Sequence record: KF147891.1
DNA from: Pseudomonas phage PaBG
DNA: 64,000 nt
Direction: 5' to 3' (one strand)
A model generated the notes under the pieces. That model searched no databases. It was not told the origin of the DNA and saw only the letters and a program-made list of their open reading frames with translations. This document shows, piece by piece, positions 20,214-29,837 of the stretch (position 1 is the first letter of the stretch; every line of letters begins with the position of its first letter). Both the position numbers and the translations under genes were made by a program.

Positions 20214-20900
20214 TTACACGTTGACGCGCAGGACCAGCGCGGCGTTCTCGGCGCTCGGGGCGCTGATGATCTGGACGTTGGTCAGCAGGGTGCCGCTACC
20301 GCCGACGGTGAAGCGACCGTCCGGGCCGAGGCGCGGAGTGATCTGACCAGCGAAGTCGGCACTGGCGTCGAAGAAGGTGGTAGCCACTTCGCCGCGGGTG
20401 ATGACGCCGGTAACGCCCTGGTAGGAAGCGGAGATACCGCCGATCGGTGCGTCGCCCAGAATCTGACGAGCTTCGCTCAGGGTCGGCTCGTAGGCCATCT
20501 GGATGCTGTAGGAAGCACCGACGTGATCGCCGTGGAAGGTCACGACTTGGCCAGCCAGTTGAACGGCAGTGGCATCAGCCGGAGCGCCAGCACCGACGGT
20601 AACCTTGGTGCCTTCGACCTTGACCAGCACTTGGCCAGCCAGCGGCAGACGCGGCAGTTCGATGGCGCCCGAAGCCGGGACGACGCCTTCGCCAACCCAG
20701 GGCAGGATTTCCGGCGGGCTATTGCGGGTCATGGCGATACCAGCGAAGACTTCGCCGCTCGCGCCAGTGGACGGCTTGACGACGGTCTCGTTGCCTTCGA
20801 CCACGTTGACCAGGGCAACGCCTTCTTCACGGATGATGCTGCCAGTTTCGACTTTGCGGTGCTCGGTCAGGAACAGGCGAGTGTATTTTTGAACCAGCAT
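20214..20900 (-). CDS. head protein (228 aa), possible decoration or scaffold-associated protein
   Basis: Between the scaffold-like and capsid genes. Gly/Val/Ala-rich beta-type composition. Confidence 0.3.
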   Translation of the reverse strand: MLVQKYTRLFLTEHRKVETGSIIREEGVALVNVVEGNETVVKPSTGASGEVFAGIAMTRNSPPEILPWVGEGVVPASGAIELPRLPLAGQVLVKVEGTKVTVGAGAPADATAVQLAGQVVTFHGDHVGASYSIQMAYEPTLSEARQILGDAPIGGISASYQGVTGVITRGEVATTFFDASADFAGQITPRLGPDGRFTVGGSGTLLTNVQIISAPSAENAALVLRVNV

Positions 20901-20917
20901 GGTGTGTTCTCCAGGTA

Positions 20918-22849
20918 TTAGCGCTTACCGAGACCAGCCAGTGCGAGAGTCATACGCGCGGCGAAGTCTTGGGGCTGATGGGTGGACGCAGTGGCTTCTT
21001 CGCGCACCGTTTCCTTCTTCTCGACCTGCACCGGACGACCGAGTGGCATCGGGGCAGAAGACGCGTTGGCTTCTTCGCTGGCATTGGTGCCGGCGAGAGC
21101 CTCGGCGATTTCGTTCTGGGTTTCGAGGCTGTAACCCATGATCTGGTTCGCCTTGGCGAGCAGCATCGAGTGGTAGGCGTCGCTGTGTTGCGCGAAAGCC
21201 TTGGCCACCAGGGCGGAAGCGTTGTCGAGACCCACAGAGGACAGCGATTCGATCAGCGATTGCTGGATCGGGTTCGACTGGCCTTTGAAGAAGTTCTTGC
21301 TGTAGCCCAGGGCGGCAGTAGCGAGGGCGCCGTTCAGACGGTCCTGCAGTTCTGCTTTGTCGCGCTCGGCGCTGGCAGTGACTTCTTGGGTACGTGCAGC
21401 GACTTGCTGGGCAACCTCGGCCTGGACATAGTCCGCGACCTGGATTTCAGGCTTGATTTCCTGGAAGCCCATGTTCTCCAGCGCGGCAGGAACACCGTGC
21501 TGACTGGCTTGCGCTTTGAAGGCGCGGCCGAACACTTCGCTGTTGAAGATTTCCTTGTGCTTGTCGCAGGCGGAAGCCATTGCGATAGCCATCGGAACGC
21601 GGTCGTAGAAAGCGACCCAGGCGTTTTCGCCTTGAACGTTGGCATACGCCACGTCCAGCTTGCTCACGTCCATGTCGCCGCTCAGGGCAACGAAGGAGGC
21701 GGCAACGGCGACCATGCGCTCAGGCTCTTGGACGGAAGCAGTAGCTTCTTCGACACGAGGCTTACGATTGCGAGCGCGGCCGTTGTCGGCGTAGCGGACG
21801 CTGGAGACGGACAGGGTGAGGGAATCGTCTTCCTCATCATCCTCTTCTTCGTCTTCTTCGTCGAGGTCATCCTCGTCCTCATCGGACTCGTCTTCTTCCT
21901 CTTCCTCGTCGTCTTCTTCCTCGTCTTCTTCGGACTCATCGTCCTCTTCGTCGAGGTCGTCCTCTTCTTCCTCATCCTCATCCTCGTCGTCCTCATCGGA
22001 CGCCAGGGCAGGATTCAGATCGTCGCGGACTTCGCCAACATCGGAGTCGTCTTCGACACCGGCAGTGGCTTCTTCGTCTTCCGGGTCCAGCAGGCCGGAC
22101 GAGCAGCTCGGGCAGAAGACCGGCATGTCGTCGCTGGATACCACGTGGGCACCGCAGGCGCTGGAGGCGCAGACGAAGTGGTGGGCGTCCAGCTCGGCGC
22201 CGGAACTGGAGAGGGACTCCAGAATGCTCGGCTGCTGGTCAGCGACCACAGTGGCTTCATTGCCGGTGTACACGTCGTAGTTGGCGTCGCCAGCTACAGC
22301 GATCAGCACGTCGCCAGACTTGATGGTACGGGTTTCACCTTCACCGCTGATAGCGGCGCGGTAGGCGGCAACAGCTTCTTCCAGGGTCTTACCGGAGGCG
22401 ATGGCGCTTTCCTGAACCTGGCAGCCGTCGCATTCGCCGTCTTCTTCACCAGCCGACAGGGCAGCGATCTGCTCGTCGGTCAGGTCTTCGAGAACGGAGG
22501 CGCAGGCAGGGCAATGCTTGAGCAGCTCGGCGTCATCCGCGAGGATGTGCGCGTTGCAGCCGGCGGTGCACACGGTGTAGTTGACGTTGACGGCGTCGCT
22601 GTCGGACGACAGGAACTCCATTTGCTCGACCAGACCATCACCAACTTTCAGGTCATCCACGCCGGTCAGCGGGTTGAGCATGTTGATGTCGGAGCTAGCG
22701 GACGACAGGACGACGAAAGAATCGTCTGCGGTGTGCAGGGCCTGTGCGTCTTGGCCAGTGGCCACAGCGCGATAGAGTTCTTGAACGTCTTCCAGAGAGT
22801 TGCCGGCAACCACGATACCGCGGATGGGGGTACGTTGATGCTTGGACAT
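20918..22849 (-). CDS. putative scaffolding-like protein with two duplicated Cys4 zinc-ribbon modules, a 70-aa poly-Asp/Glu tract and a helical C-terminal domain
   Basis: Start placed at ATG ~22847-22849 (MSKHQRTPIRG) with GGAGA 8 nt upstream. Duplicated YTVCTAGCNAHILADDAELLKHCPACASVL and HFVCASSACGAHVVSSDDMPVFCPSCSSGL modules. DEDDEDEDEEEEDD...EEDD tract. Position immediately upstream of the head genes. Confidence 0.3.
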   Translation of the reverse strand: MSKHQRTPIRGIVVAGNSLEDVQELYRAVATGQDAQALHTADDSFVVLSSASSDINMLNPLTGVDDLKVGDGLVEQMEFLSSDSDAVNVNYTVCTAGCNAHILADDAELLKHCPACASVLEDLTDEQIAALSAGEEDGECDGCQVQESAIASGKTLEEAVAAYRAAISGEGETRTIKSGDVLIAVAGDANYDVYTGNEATVVADQQPSILESLSSSGAELDAHHFVCASSACGAHVVSSDDMPVFCPSCSSGLLDPEDEEATAGVEDDSDVGEVRDDLNPALASDEDDEDEDEEEEDDLDEEDDESEEDEEEDDEEEEEDESDEDEDDLDEEDEEEDDEEDDSLTLSVSSVRYADNGRARNRKPRVEEATASVQEPERMVAVAASFVALSGDMDVSKLDVAYANVQGENAWVAFYDRVPMAIAMASACDKHKEIFNSEVFGRAFKAQASQHGVPAALENMGFQEIKPEIQVADYVQAEVAQQVAARTQEVTASAERDKAELQDRLNGALATAALGYSKNFFKGQSNPIQQSLIESLSSVGLDNASALVAKAFAQHSDAYHSMLLAKANQIMGYSLETQNEIAEALAGTNASEEANASSAPMPLGRPVQVEKKETVREEATASTHQPQDFAARMTLALAGLGKR

Positions 22850-22997
22850 GTGGTTGTCTCCAAGGAAGTTTGCAGGGTTGGCAGGACCAACAGCCTGCGA
22901 CTTGTTATCGCAACTTCTGTCACGATACGCATAAATTGCAAAAAGCAAAAATGCGCTCCAAATCGCAGATTGTCAGCAAGTTGTATAAACAGCAGAA
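22850..22997 (-). promoter_or_regulatory. AT-rich intergenic region (candidate promoter for the head operon)
   Basis: About 148 bp non-coding and markedly AT-rich (ataaattgcaaaaagcaaaaatgcgc...ttgtataaacagcagaatta) in a GC-rich genome. One of very few gaps in the gene array. Confidence 0.3.
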
Positions 22998-23960
22998 TTA
23001 GGCCTTCTGCTGCTTGTTGCGCATCCGAGTGAGTTTCTCCAGCAACGCCTTGCGTTCAGCCTTGTTGGTGGCCTTACCGATGGTAGTAACAGCAATGCTT
23101 CCATCGAGGCGCCGGCGAGCACCTGCCTTGTTGCGGAAGACGTGAAGGTCCCCGTTCGGATGGATAACGATTGGCAGGTAACCAAAGGCGGTAGTCAGTA
23201 CGCCTTCGATGGCATAGGGCGTACGGCCGCCAGGATGCTTCTTGAACACGTTTTTGATTCGGAAACCGTATTCCTTGAACTCAGCTTTGATCGGATCGAC
23301 CACGCTCTTGGGTGCAGTTACCCAAGTAGACGGTTTCTTATCCGGCTTGGCTACCGAAGCCTTGGGTGTGATCGTCGCTTTCGGCTTGAACGTGTCCGCG
23401 GAGAGGCGCTTAACGGCACGATTCGGTCGCACACCCATACGGGATTCTGCGGCGGCTTTGTCCGGATATGGACCAGAGAGCGGCGTTGCAGGGCGCGTGG
23501 ACGTATCCACCACGAACCAAGCTTTGTCACCAGCGGGTGTTGCAGCTTTCGCCTTCGCTTTCAACAAAGCCAGTTTGTTCTCCAGCTTGGCACGATCTTC
23601 AACCTTCAAGCGAACTCCTGTGATCTTTCCGTCGAGGGCGGCTTTTATCAGGCCCTTTAAGTCGGTACGCTTGAATTTTTTCAGCTGGGTATCTGACAGA
23701 ATGTGCCGCTTGCTGCTCCACATGTTACGAAGGTCGCCATCAGCCAGATAGTGCGTATAGCACGGAGAGGCTGCGAAGCCTTCGATCTTGATGCGATCCA
23801 CTTTCGGGTCACCGATACCACGAGCTGCACTGGTGCGACGGGCGCCCAGTTTCCAGACATTCATGGAATCGATTTTGCCGTTCTTTTCCGTGTAAACGAT
23901 GTCACCTGACTGGAGCGCTTTCGCAGCCACCGCTTCCAGAAGATTGATTTTGATGAGCAT
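22998..23960 (-). CDS. basic Lys/Arg-rich protein (320 aa), possible nucleic-acid-binding protein
   Basis: Minus-strand ORF. Strongly basic central region (KAKAKAATPAGDK...KPKATITPKASVAKPDKKPS). Confidence 0.4.
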   Translation of the reverse strand: MLIKINLLEAVAAKALQSGDIVYTEKNGKIDSMNVWKLGARRTSAARGIGDPKVDRIKIEGFAASPCYTHYLADGDLRNMWSSKRHILSDTQLKKFKRTDLKGLIKAALDGKITGVRLKVEDRAKLENKLALLKAKAKAATPAGDKAWFVVDTSTRPATPLSGPYPDKAAAESRMGVRPNRAVKRLSADTFKPKATITPKASVAKPDKKPSTWVTAPKSVVDPIKAEFKEYGFRIKNVFKKHPGGRTPYAIEGVLTTAFGYLPIVIHPNGDLHVFRNKAGARRRLDGSIAVTTIGKATNKAERKALLEKLTRMRNKQQKA

Positions 23961-23969
23961 GGTAGGTCC

Positions 23970-24211
23970 TTATTGGTTGTACGCTTTGGAATTTTTCATC
24001 AGACTGTCGTATACGACAGGTGAGATGGCAAACACCTCGTCGTTCAGTTTGATCTGACGACCCTTATTAGTGATCGCTAAGCTGAACACTTGGCCGGTTT
24101 GTACCGTACCGATGTCCAGCTGAGTGTCGCGTCCTTTGTACACGCGATGGAACCATCGCGGCTCATCGCCGGCCAGGGCTTCATTCAGGTTGATCTTGAT
24201 GCGCACGATCA
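23970..24211 (-). CDS. hypothetical small protein (~80 aa, GTG start overlapping the upstream stop)
   Basis: Track ORF 23970..24398 overlaps the topoisomerase-like gene by 190 nt. A GTGA start/stop overlap at ~24210 gives an 80-aa product (VIVRIKINLNEAL...). Confidence 0.3.
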
Positions 24212-25897
24212 CTCTTCCTTCTTGGTGGAGTCGATGGCTTTCTGCACCTTGGCACTCGGGCGAATGCCCAGCTTGGTGTAAAACTCCGCCAGAATCTCCG
24301 GGCTGATGTAGTTTTGAATAGCCGTGTTGCTGGTGATCTTGTCGCCACTCATGTGACCAAGCTCGGCACCGATCTTGAGCAGTTCGGTCTCCAACCACTT
24401 GTGGACATCACGATCTTTCCAGTTGCCGCCTTTCTTGAACGGGCTGTCCTTGAGCAGCGCCAGTGCCATCTCAGTACCGCGCGCCGTACGCAGCTTGTGC
24501 ACCGTGAAGGCTTTCGGGAAGCCTAGGGTACGCATGTAGCGGTTGATCATGGCGCCAGTGACCTGAGCGTTCTTGAAGGTGAACACGTGGTCGTTCGAGC
24601 CTTTGCCTTCGATCAGCTTGTGCAGAGCATCGCCCAGTTGCTTGCCACGCGCCGAAGTGAACTTGAGCTTGTGGGCCTGCTTACCGCCGGACTTGCCGAT
24701 GTAGGTAACAGTGGCGCCATTGCCTTGGGTGTTGAACTTGAAGTGCTTGACCAGAAGCTGCGTGGCGCCGTACGTCTTCTCGCCACCTGTGGCTGCATTC
24801 TTGTTGCCGACGCGAGCGCTGGTGTCGTAGATGAACTCGCACAGTGTCGCCAGCACACCTTCTTTCGACTTGTTGACCTTGCGCAGATCAGGCAGCCACT
24901 TCTTGGTCAGTTGGCTGAGCTTCGGCATGACTTCGGCCACGACGTTGAATTTCTCGGCCTTGGCGCCAGTACGGTACGACTCGGTGTAACCGCGGGTCGC
25001 GTTCTGGGCGAACGGCGGCGTGAACTCGCAGACGTATGCGTTGTCCTCGTCGGCGTTGTACTTCGGATTCATCTTCACTTCACCGCTGGGGCTTTGCAGC
25101 AAACGCTTGCCGGCAGTGGTGTAGAAGCGGCCCAGGTCATCGATGTTGCCAACGAATCCAGTAGGTAGGTTGTGGACGATACCCAGCGACTTGAGCTGGG
25201 AGATAACGTCACGCAACGGCAGATATGGCTGGCCAGATGCACGCACCAGATTCGCCAGAGCCTTCTTGAAGATGTCGTTGACTTCCCGGCGGAGCTTCAG
25301 GTACTCGGTATGGCCCTGGGTTTTCTCACCCTTGGCTTTGTTGTGTGCCTGCCACTTCTCCAGAACTTCGGTGGGCATGATGTAGCCAGATACGCCACCA
25401 TGGCGCTTCACCAGAGCTTGCAGCTTCTTGTACACGTCGCCGGTATCGATGCCATCAACGTCGTGCGTGTAGAACTGCGTAACCATCGGATCGCCGATGG
25501 CCGTGACGCCGCGCAGCAGTCGCTTGGCGGCAGACTCGCTACCAAAATGCGCCAGACGGAAGTCTTTGAGTAGCCCGAGTTGGGCGCGGCTGATGTCCGT
25601 TTCCTTCTCGAATGCCTGGGTCTTGGCTTTCAGTGCTTCCAGCAGCTCGGTGATGGCAGCATCTGCGGTATCGTCTTCTGCTGGATTGGCGCCACCAACC
25701 ACAGAGCGCACGGCAGCGCTGGTGAGTTTGGTGAGTTTGAATTTGGTCAGAAACTCACCCGCATCGCGCTCCCACATGTTCATGCGGCGCAGTTGCTCTC
25801 GATTGAGCTTGATGTCGTAGGTGACGTAGAGGGTTGCCAGTAGCTTTAGGAAGGAGACAACCGAATCCTTCTGTACGGCGCTAAGACTGGTGTGCAT
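24209..25897 (-). CDS. type IB topoisomerase-like protein (poxvirus/bacterial TopIB catalytic domain) with ~300-aa N-terminal extension
   Basis: C-terminal half contains ARVGNK (Arg), YIGKSGGKQAHKLKF (compare vaccinia FVGKDKVSHEF, catalytic Lys), VHKLRTARGT (compare LRTY) and LGHMSGDKITSNTAIQNYISP (His...Tyr nucleophile). The His-Tyr spacing is longer than in vaccinia. Confidence 0.5.
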   Translation of the reverse strand: MHTSLSAVQKDSVVSFLKLLATLYVTYDIKLNREQLRRMNMWERDAGEFLTKFKLTKLTSAAVRSVVGGANPAEDDTADAAITELLEALKAKTQAFEKETDISRAQLGLLKDFRLAHFGSESAAKRLLRGVTAIGDPMVTQFYTHDVDGIDTGDVYKKLQALVKRHGGVSGYIMPTEVLEKWQAHNKAKGEKTQGHTEYLKLRREVNDIFKKALANLVRASGQPYLPLRDVISQLKSLGIVHNLPTGFVGNIDDLGRFYTTAGKRLLQSPSGEVKMNPKYNADEDNAYVCEFTPPFAQNATRGYTESYRTGAKAEKFNVVAEVMPKLSQLTKKWLPDLRKVNKSKEGVLATLCEFIYDTSARVGNKNAATGGEKTYGATQLLVKHFKFNTQGNGATVTYIGKSGGKQAHKLKFTSARGKQLGDALHKLIEGKGSNDHVFTFKNAQVTGAMINRYMRTLGFPKAFTVHKLRTARGTEMALALLKDSPFKKGGNWKDRDVHKWLETELLKIGAELGHMSGDKITSNTAIQNYISPEILAEFYTKLGIRPSAKVQKAIDSTKKEE

Positions 25898-26852
25898 GGC
25901 CTATCTCATCGTATTGGGCGAAGTAGTCGCGCAGGCGCACTGGACCTTTGTCGGTCACAACGCACCCGTCCTCGACCTTAACTGCCGATTGAATGGAACG
26001 GAAGCGGCACACATGGAATGCCATAAACTGGTCAAATTCATGCGTGCCAAATTCAGGAGCTTTCACCATGGCTCGCCACTTGACGAGAATCGGGTGCTCC
26101 AAATCGCAGGCCTCAGGCAGTTCGCCGTATGCGTAGGCATGTTCCAGCCACGACAGTACGTCCGTCTTCTTGCCGTCAGCAGAGTAGATTGGGCGTTGGA
26201 ATTTGAACAAGGCTGTGGTCGAGTAGTATCCGGTGTCCACGGAAGTTCGGCAGAACAGAGCCAGATCGTGGTAGTTGACCTGAGATACTATCTCGTCCAT
26301 GCTGTAGGCGCGCATGGACATAACGCGCCACATGGCGTCGTCAGGAACGATGAAGGCATACTGCTCTTTGCGGATGCTCTTTTCCTGAATACGCTTTAGA
26401 TCAGCCTCGTTGAGCTGTATCTCGAATTGCTGGTGTGCCAACGACAAAAGGTCACCCGACCTGCGGATAACCAGTTCTTCGTTGGGCATAATGCCGATGT
26501 TGTTCGTGAGGATAGGTGCGTTGGTCCGATACACCTCTTCGCTGCACTCACTTCGGTTTTGCTGCACTGTCTTGATCGGGATGATGTTGTTCAGGGTTAC
26601 GGCAATCACGTCATCGAGTCCGGCAAAAGGCACACCGGACTTCATGATGGCAGTAACGCGCATCTGCAAGACAATGAGGGATTTCACCACGTGCCTGTGG
26701 GAGAGAACGCTTCCAACCAACTCATACTGGGAAGTTTCCTTGGGCTTGATGCCCAGACTTTCCAGTAACTGCTGAGTCTCAGGCGTCAGAATGACGTCCT
26801 TGTTAAGGACGATTGAGACGGTGAAATTGTCGGCCTGAGACATGATGTGCAC
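25881..26852 (-). CDS. hypothetical protein (323 aa)
   Basis: Minus-strand ORF. Confidence 0.4.
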   Translation of the reverse strand: MHIMSQADNFTVSIVLNKDVILTPETQQLLESLGIKPKETSQYELVGSVLSHRHVVKSLIVLQMRVTAIMKSGVPFAGLDDVIAVTLNNIIPIKTVQQNRSECSEEVYRTNAPILTNNIGIMPNEELVIRRSGDLLSLAHQQFEIQLNEADLKRIQEKSIRKEQYAFIVPDDAMWRVMSMRAYSMDEIVSQVNYHDLALFCRTSVDTGYYSTTALFKFQRPIYSADGKKTDVLSWLEHAYAYGELPEACDLEHPILVKWRAMVKAPEFGTHEFDQFMAFHVCRFRSIQSAVKVEDGCVVTDKGPVRLRDYFAQYDEIGHAHQS

Positions 26853-26853
26853 C

Positions 26854-27324
26854 TCATAGATTGTCCAAGAGGTAGCTCATCCGCTCGAAGAGGCTCAGAT
26901 ATTTCATCTGATGGATGTCTTTCTTGGGAACACGGAAACCAAGGTAGTAAACCTTCATCTTGCTCCAATCGCGACCTTCTGTCGGATCGATGACGCGGTC
27001 GTCGTCTTTCCGAACACAGAACGAATGGGGTTCGATCTTCCATGGGATCATCGGCTCTTCTCGCCAGATGATGTACCCAACGCACAGGTCGAGTTCATCA
27101 GCATTGCGGCGCTGAAACTCTACGGCGTTTTCGTGCGGCGTGTTTTCCGGCATGGTGCCGATGTATCGGCCTTTGTGTACGACTGGGAGAATGGCCAAAC
27201 GCTTCGGCAGGTCGCGCCAAAACTTGCGATTCTCGATCAGCGAATCGATGATGTTCTGAGGCAGTCGGTTTGTGGACATGCTCAGGCTGGCCAGTCGTCC
27301 TTTGAGACTGAATGAGACCTTCAT
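26854..27324 (-). CDS. hypothetical protein (156 aa)
   Basis: Minus-strand ORF, 4-nt overlap with tmk. Confidence 0.4.
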   Translation of the reverse strand: MKVSFSLKGRLASLSMSTNRLPQNIIDSLIENRKFWRDLPKRLAILPVVHKGRYIGTMPENTPHENAVEFQRRNADELDLCVGYIIWREEPMIPWKIEPHSFCVRKDDDRVIDPTEGRDWSKMKVYYLGFRVPKKDIHQMKYLSLFERMSYLLDNL

Positions 27325-27950
27325 GCAAAGTTCCTTAGGAAGTCATCAACGTGGCGGATGGATTCCGCAAAGACATCGTCCAGCGGCTTTGAGGCGTCGA
27401 TAATGATGAAGCTCGGATCGTCGGCGGCCCATGCGTGAAAATTAGCTCGGACCTTGGCGAAGTATTCAACGCCTCGGCTTTCGATCTGATCCAACTTGCC
27501 GTCACGATTTAGGACGCGCTGTTCGTAGATTTCGACAGGGATGTCATAGAACAGGGTCAAATCTGGCTTGACCAGCAGAGATTCCGCCAGCGCATGGACG
27601 GTCGGAACCTGTTCAGTACGCGCACCCTGGTACGCCGCAGTCGTGGCACAGTAGCGATCAGAGACCACCAGATAGCCACGATCCAAATACGGTTGAATGA
27701 TGTGCTTGGTGTGCTCGATACGGCTGGCGTAGAACAGCATGGTCTCGGTGATCGGGTCCAGCTGCGGATTTTGATTGTTCAACACCGTGCGAAGTTCACG
27801 ACAGAACTGGCTGTCCTTGTACTCACTGGCGACGAAGTGTGGAACATCTGAGTGGCTCAGGTAGTTTTCAATGTTGCGGGCATTGCTATCTTTTCCCGCC
27901 CCGTCGAGGCCCTCAAGCACAAGGAAGGCCCCACGTTTCTTGGCAGTCAT
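27321..27950 (-). CDS. tmk: thymidylate kinase
   Basis: P-loop LEGLDGAGKDS. DRY motif (VVSDRYCATTAAYQG). Lid region. Length 209 aa. Confidence 0.85.
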   Translation of the reverse strand: MTAKKRGAFLVLEGLDGAGKDSNARNIENYLSHSDVPHFVASEYKDSQFCRELRTVLNNQNPQLDPITETMLFYASRIEHTKHIIQPYLDRGYLVVSDRYCATTAAYQGARTEQVPTVHALAESLLVKPDLTLFYDIPVEIYEQRVLNRDGKLDQIESRGVEYFAKVRANFHAWAADDPSFIIIDASKPLDDVFAESIRHVDDFLRNFA

Positions 27951-27953
27951 ATC

Positions 27954-28442
27954 TTACTCCTCGAGGTAGAAGCGTTTGCGGCGTTTGCCTTCTGGGCAAT
28001 TTCTTCGTGAAGCACCGCCACGCCATGCCATCTTGATCAGCAGCTTCATCATCACCTTGTCGGCAACTTCGCGCCGTTTGGCAGGCTTGATGACCTTGAC
28101 GTTACCCATTGGAGTAAGCGTCATGACACCAACGCCGTAGGGCTTGATGTCGTTCAGGATTTGCTGATAGAACTTCGATTCGATCAACTTCGGAGGGAGG
28201 AATAGATACAGCTTGTTGGTGAACGGTAGGTACTCCATCCACTTGCTGTCCGACGTGTAGTCGGCTTTGCAGCTCTTAACCTCGACCCCAACAAGGTTCA
28301 TCTTGGTATTCATGCACAGCAGGTCGAGTCTACGCTCTCCTCTGCGGCCAACACCAAACTCGAAGAAGACGGCATACAGCTTTCGTATGTAGTAGTGCGA
28401 CGCAGCATCGGTCAGCACCTTTGTAACTTCCTTGCGACCCAT
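27954..28442 (-). CDS. PD-(D/E)xK nuclease-fold protein (MmcB-like)
   Basis: RRLDLLCM...VGVEVKSCK matches the D...(D/E)xK core. Confidence 0.35.
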   Translation of the reverse strand: MGRKEVTKVLTDAASHYYIRKLYAVFFEFGVGRRGERRLDLLCMNTKMNLVGVEVKSCKADYTSDSKWMEYLPFTNKLYLFLPPKLIESKFYQQILNDIKPYGVGVMTLTPMGNVKVIKPAKRREVADKVMMKLLIKMAWRGGASRRNCPEGKRRKRFYLEE

Positions 28443-28444
28443 GG

Positions 28445-29791
28445 TTAAATCCCCAACTGCGGGTACCGAAGCAGCGCATCCAGCTTGCGCCGTGTGATGA
28501 TTTCGCGCATCTTGGCGCGATAGTCGTACTGGGAGCAGCGCCCATCGAACCGTGCGAACACGGCTGTCAGCTTGCGTTTGACCTCTTGGTCGGCAAGCCC
28601 GCGAGCAATCGCCTTCTCGATGTCGATGAGTTCTTCTTCCGCATACGGGAAGATTTTGACAGCTGGGAAGTGCTCCCAGATGGCACGAATCTGATCGTCG
28701 GTACCAGAAGCCTTTTCCTTACGCATCCACGATGCAAACATCGGGAACGGCTGTGCGTAGTACGGCTCTTCCTTCTTCGACACCTTTAGCTTGCCAATGG
28801 CTTGCGAAGCGCCCTGCTCTTTGACATCGAACGTCTTTATCAGGCGACCTTTGGGGTCGACCACTTTCCACCAGAGCGGGAGCTTGCTCGGCGGAATCTT
28901 GCCGTTCTTGCTGATCTGTGGATAGTCGCGCATGGACGTCTGCGATGTGGTGACCAGGTCGATGACGTAGGACTTGGTAGGATCATTCTCACGTACCTGT
29001 CTGACCAGATCGTCGAACCTGTCTTCCAGGTCGAGGACGCTCCAGTAGTATTTGGCGTGGTTCGGATACTCAGGCGAGAACACGCGCAGGACGTGAGTCT
29101 CAACGTCGGAGGCCGCTTCTCGCTTCTCCCAGTCGAGGAGAATGCTGATGTTGAATCCGGCGCGATTGATCCGCTGCATTTCGGCTTGGAAGTATCGCCC
29201 GTGGCCGTCGTGCAGGATCGAGTTGTTGCCCTCGTCTATGCCTTTACGGAACAGATACAGGTGGATCATTTCGTGAAGCAGCGTGTCCACAAACAGGATC
29301 ATGTCCGCACTGATGCGCTTCATGTTCACGGTCATACGGTACAACGGCTTGCCACCCACAGAGTTGAACTGCGCCAATCCGAAGGGCGAGCTGGCGCCCT
29401 GGGACTTCTTGAACAGAAGGGACTTCGGGCACATGCCGTTGAAGTATTTCTCGTTGAAGTAGGCGTAGAGTTTCGGGATCAACTCGTAGGTCAGGTTGGG
29501 GATAAACGGGTAGGAAGGGTATTTCGGATGCGGAACGAATTGGAAATCGTCTGGCGTGCTGGACTTCATCAAGCGCAGATACGCTTTGTCCGTGGTGGTT
29601 GCACGAAATTTCAGCTTCGGCTCATCCAAGTGAATGATCGTGACCTTGGTGCCTTCGACCTTCACCTTGAATTGATCATTCGTCCCGACATCGATTTCGT
29701 ACTCATCGTTGTGCTTGTCGAGGACGATCGTGGCACGCCCATTATAGGTGTACGTCACGAATCCATTGTCGGATGCGATTGCAAGTTCCAT
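28445..29791 (-). CDS. SprT-like zinc metallopeptidase domain protein (probable start at the internal ATG, MELAIASD)
   Basis: YFNEKYFNGMCP...RMTVNMKRIS...LLHEMIHLYLF resembles the SprT-like domain. Track ORF extends to 29977 but overlaps the HAD gene. The ATG at ~29791 has TGGAGG 7 nt upstream. Confidence 0.45.
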   Translation of the reverse strand: MELAIASDNGFVTYTYNGRATIVLDKHNDEYEIDVGTNDQFKVKVEGTKVTIIHLDEPKLKFRATTTDKAYLRLMKSSTPDDFQFVPHPKYPSYPFIPNLTYELIPKLYAYFNEKYFNGMCPKSLLFKKSQGASSPFGLAQFNSVGGKPLYRMTVNMKRISADMILFVDTLLHEMIHLYLFRKGIDEGNNSILHDGHGRYFQAEMQRINRAGFNISILLDWEKREAASDVETHVLRVFSPEYPNHAKYYWSVLDLEDRFDDLVRQVRENDPTKSYVIDLVTTSQTSMRDYPQISKNGKIPPSKLPLWWKVVDPKGRLIKTFDVKEQGASQAIGKLKVSKKEEPYYAQPFPMFASWMRKEKASGTDDQIRAIWEHFPAVKIFPYAEEELIDIEKAIARGLADQEVKRKLTAVFARFDGRCSQYDYRAKMREIITRRKLDALLRYPQLGI

Positions 29792-29837
29792 GACTGGCCT
29801 CCAGTAACTTACCGTTAAATTACTTTGGATGGTGCGG

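Noticed and set aside
19023-23032. Very long plus-strand ORFs (632 and 687 aa) antisense to the capsid/scaffold genes. Similar cases are 657..1937, 5570..7252, 31228..32910, 49218..50669, 50776..52167, 56097..57677 and 62268..63668.
   Set aside because: They lie exactly opposite well-supported minus-strand genes (sheath, MCP, RecA-like, fibre and others). Their translations are low-complexity, Arg/Ala/Val-rich, with no motifs, as expected for GC-rich third-position shadows. None has a convincing Shine-Dalgarno.
24209-25897. Interpretation of the 562-aa Tyr-enzyme as a protelomerase or integrase (implying a linear-plasmid prophage or lysogeny module).
   Set aside because: The catalytic-domain blocks (FVGKDxxxHxF-like beta-hairpin, LRTA, GH...NY) fit TopIB better than recombinases. 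I also found no large telRL-type palindrome or att-like repeats adjacent, and no repressor/antirepressor module. Kept as an alternative in the finding.
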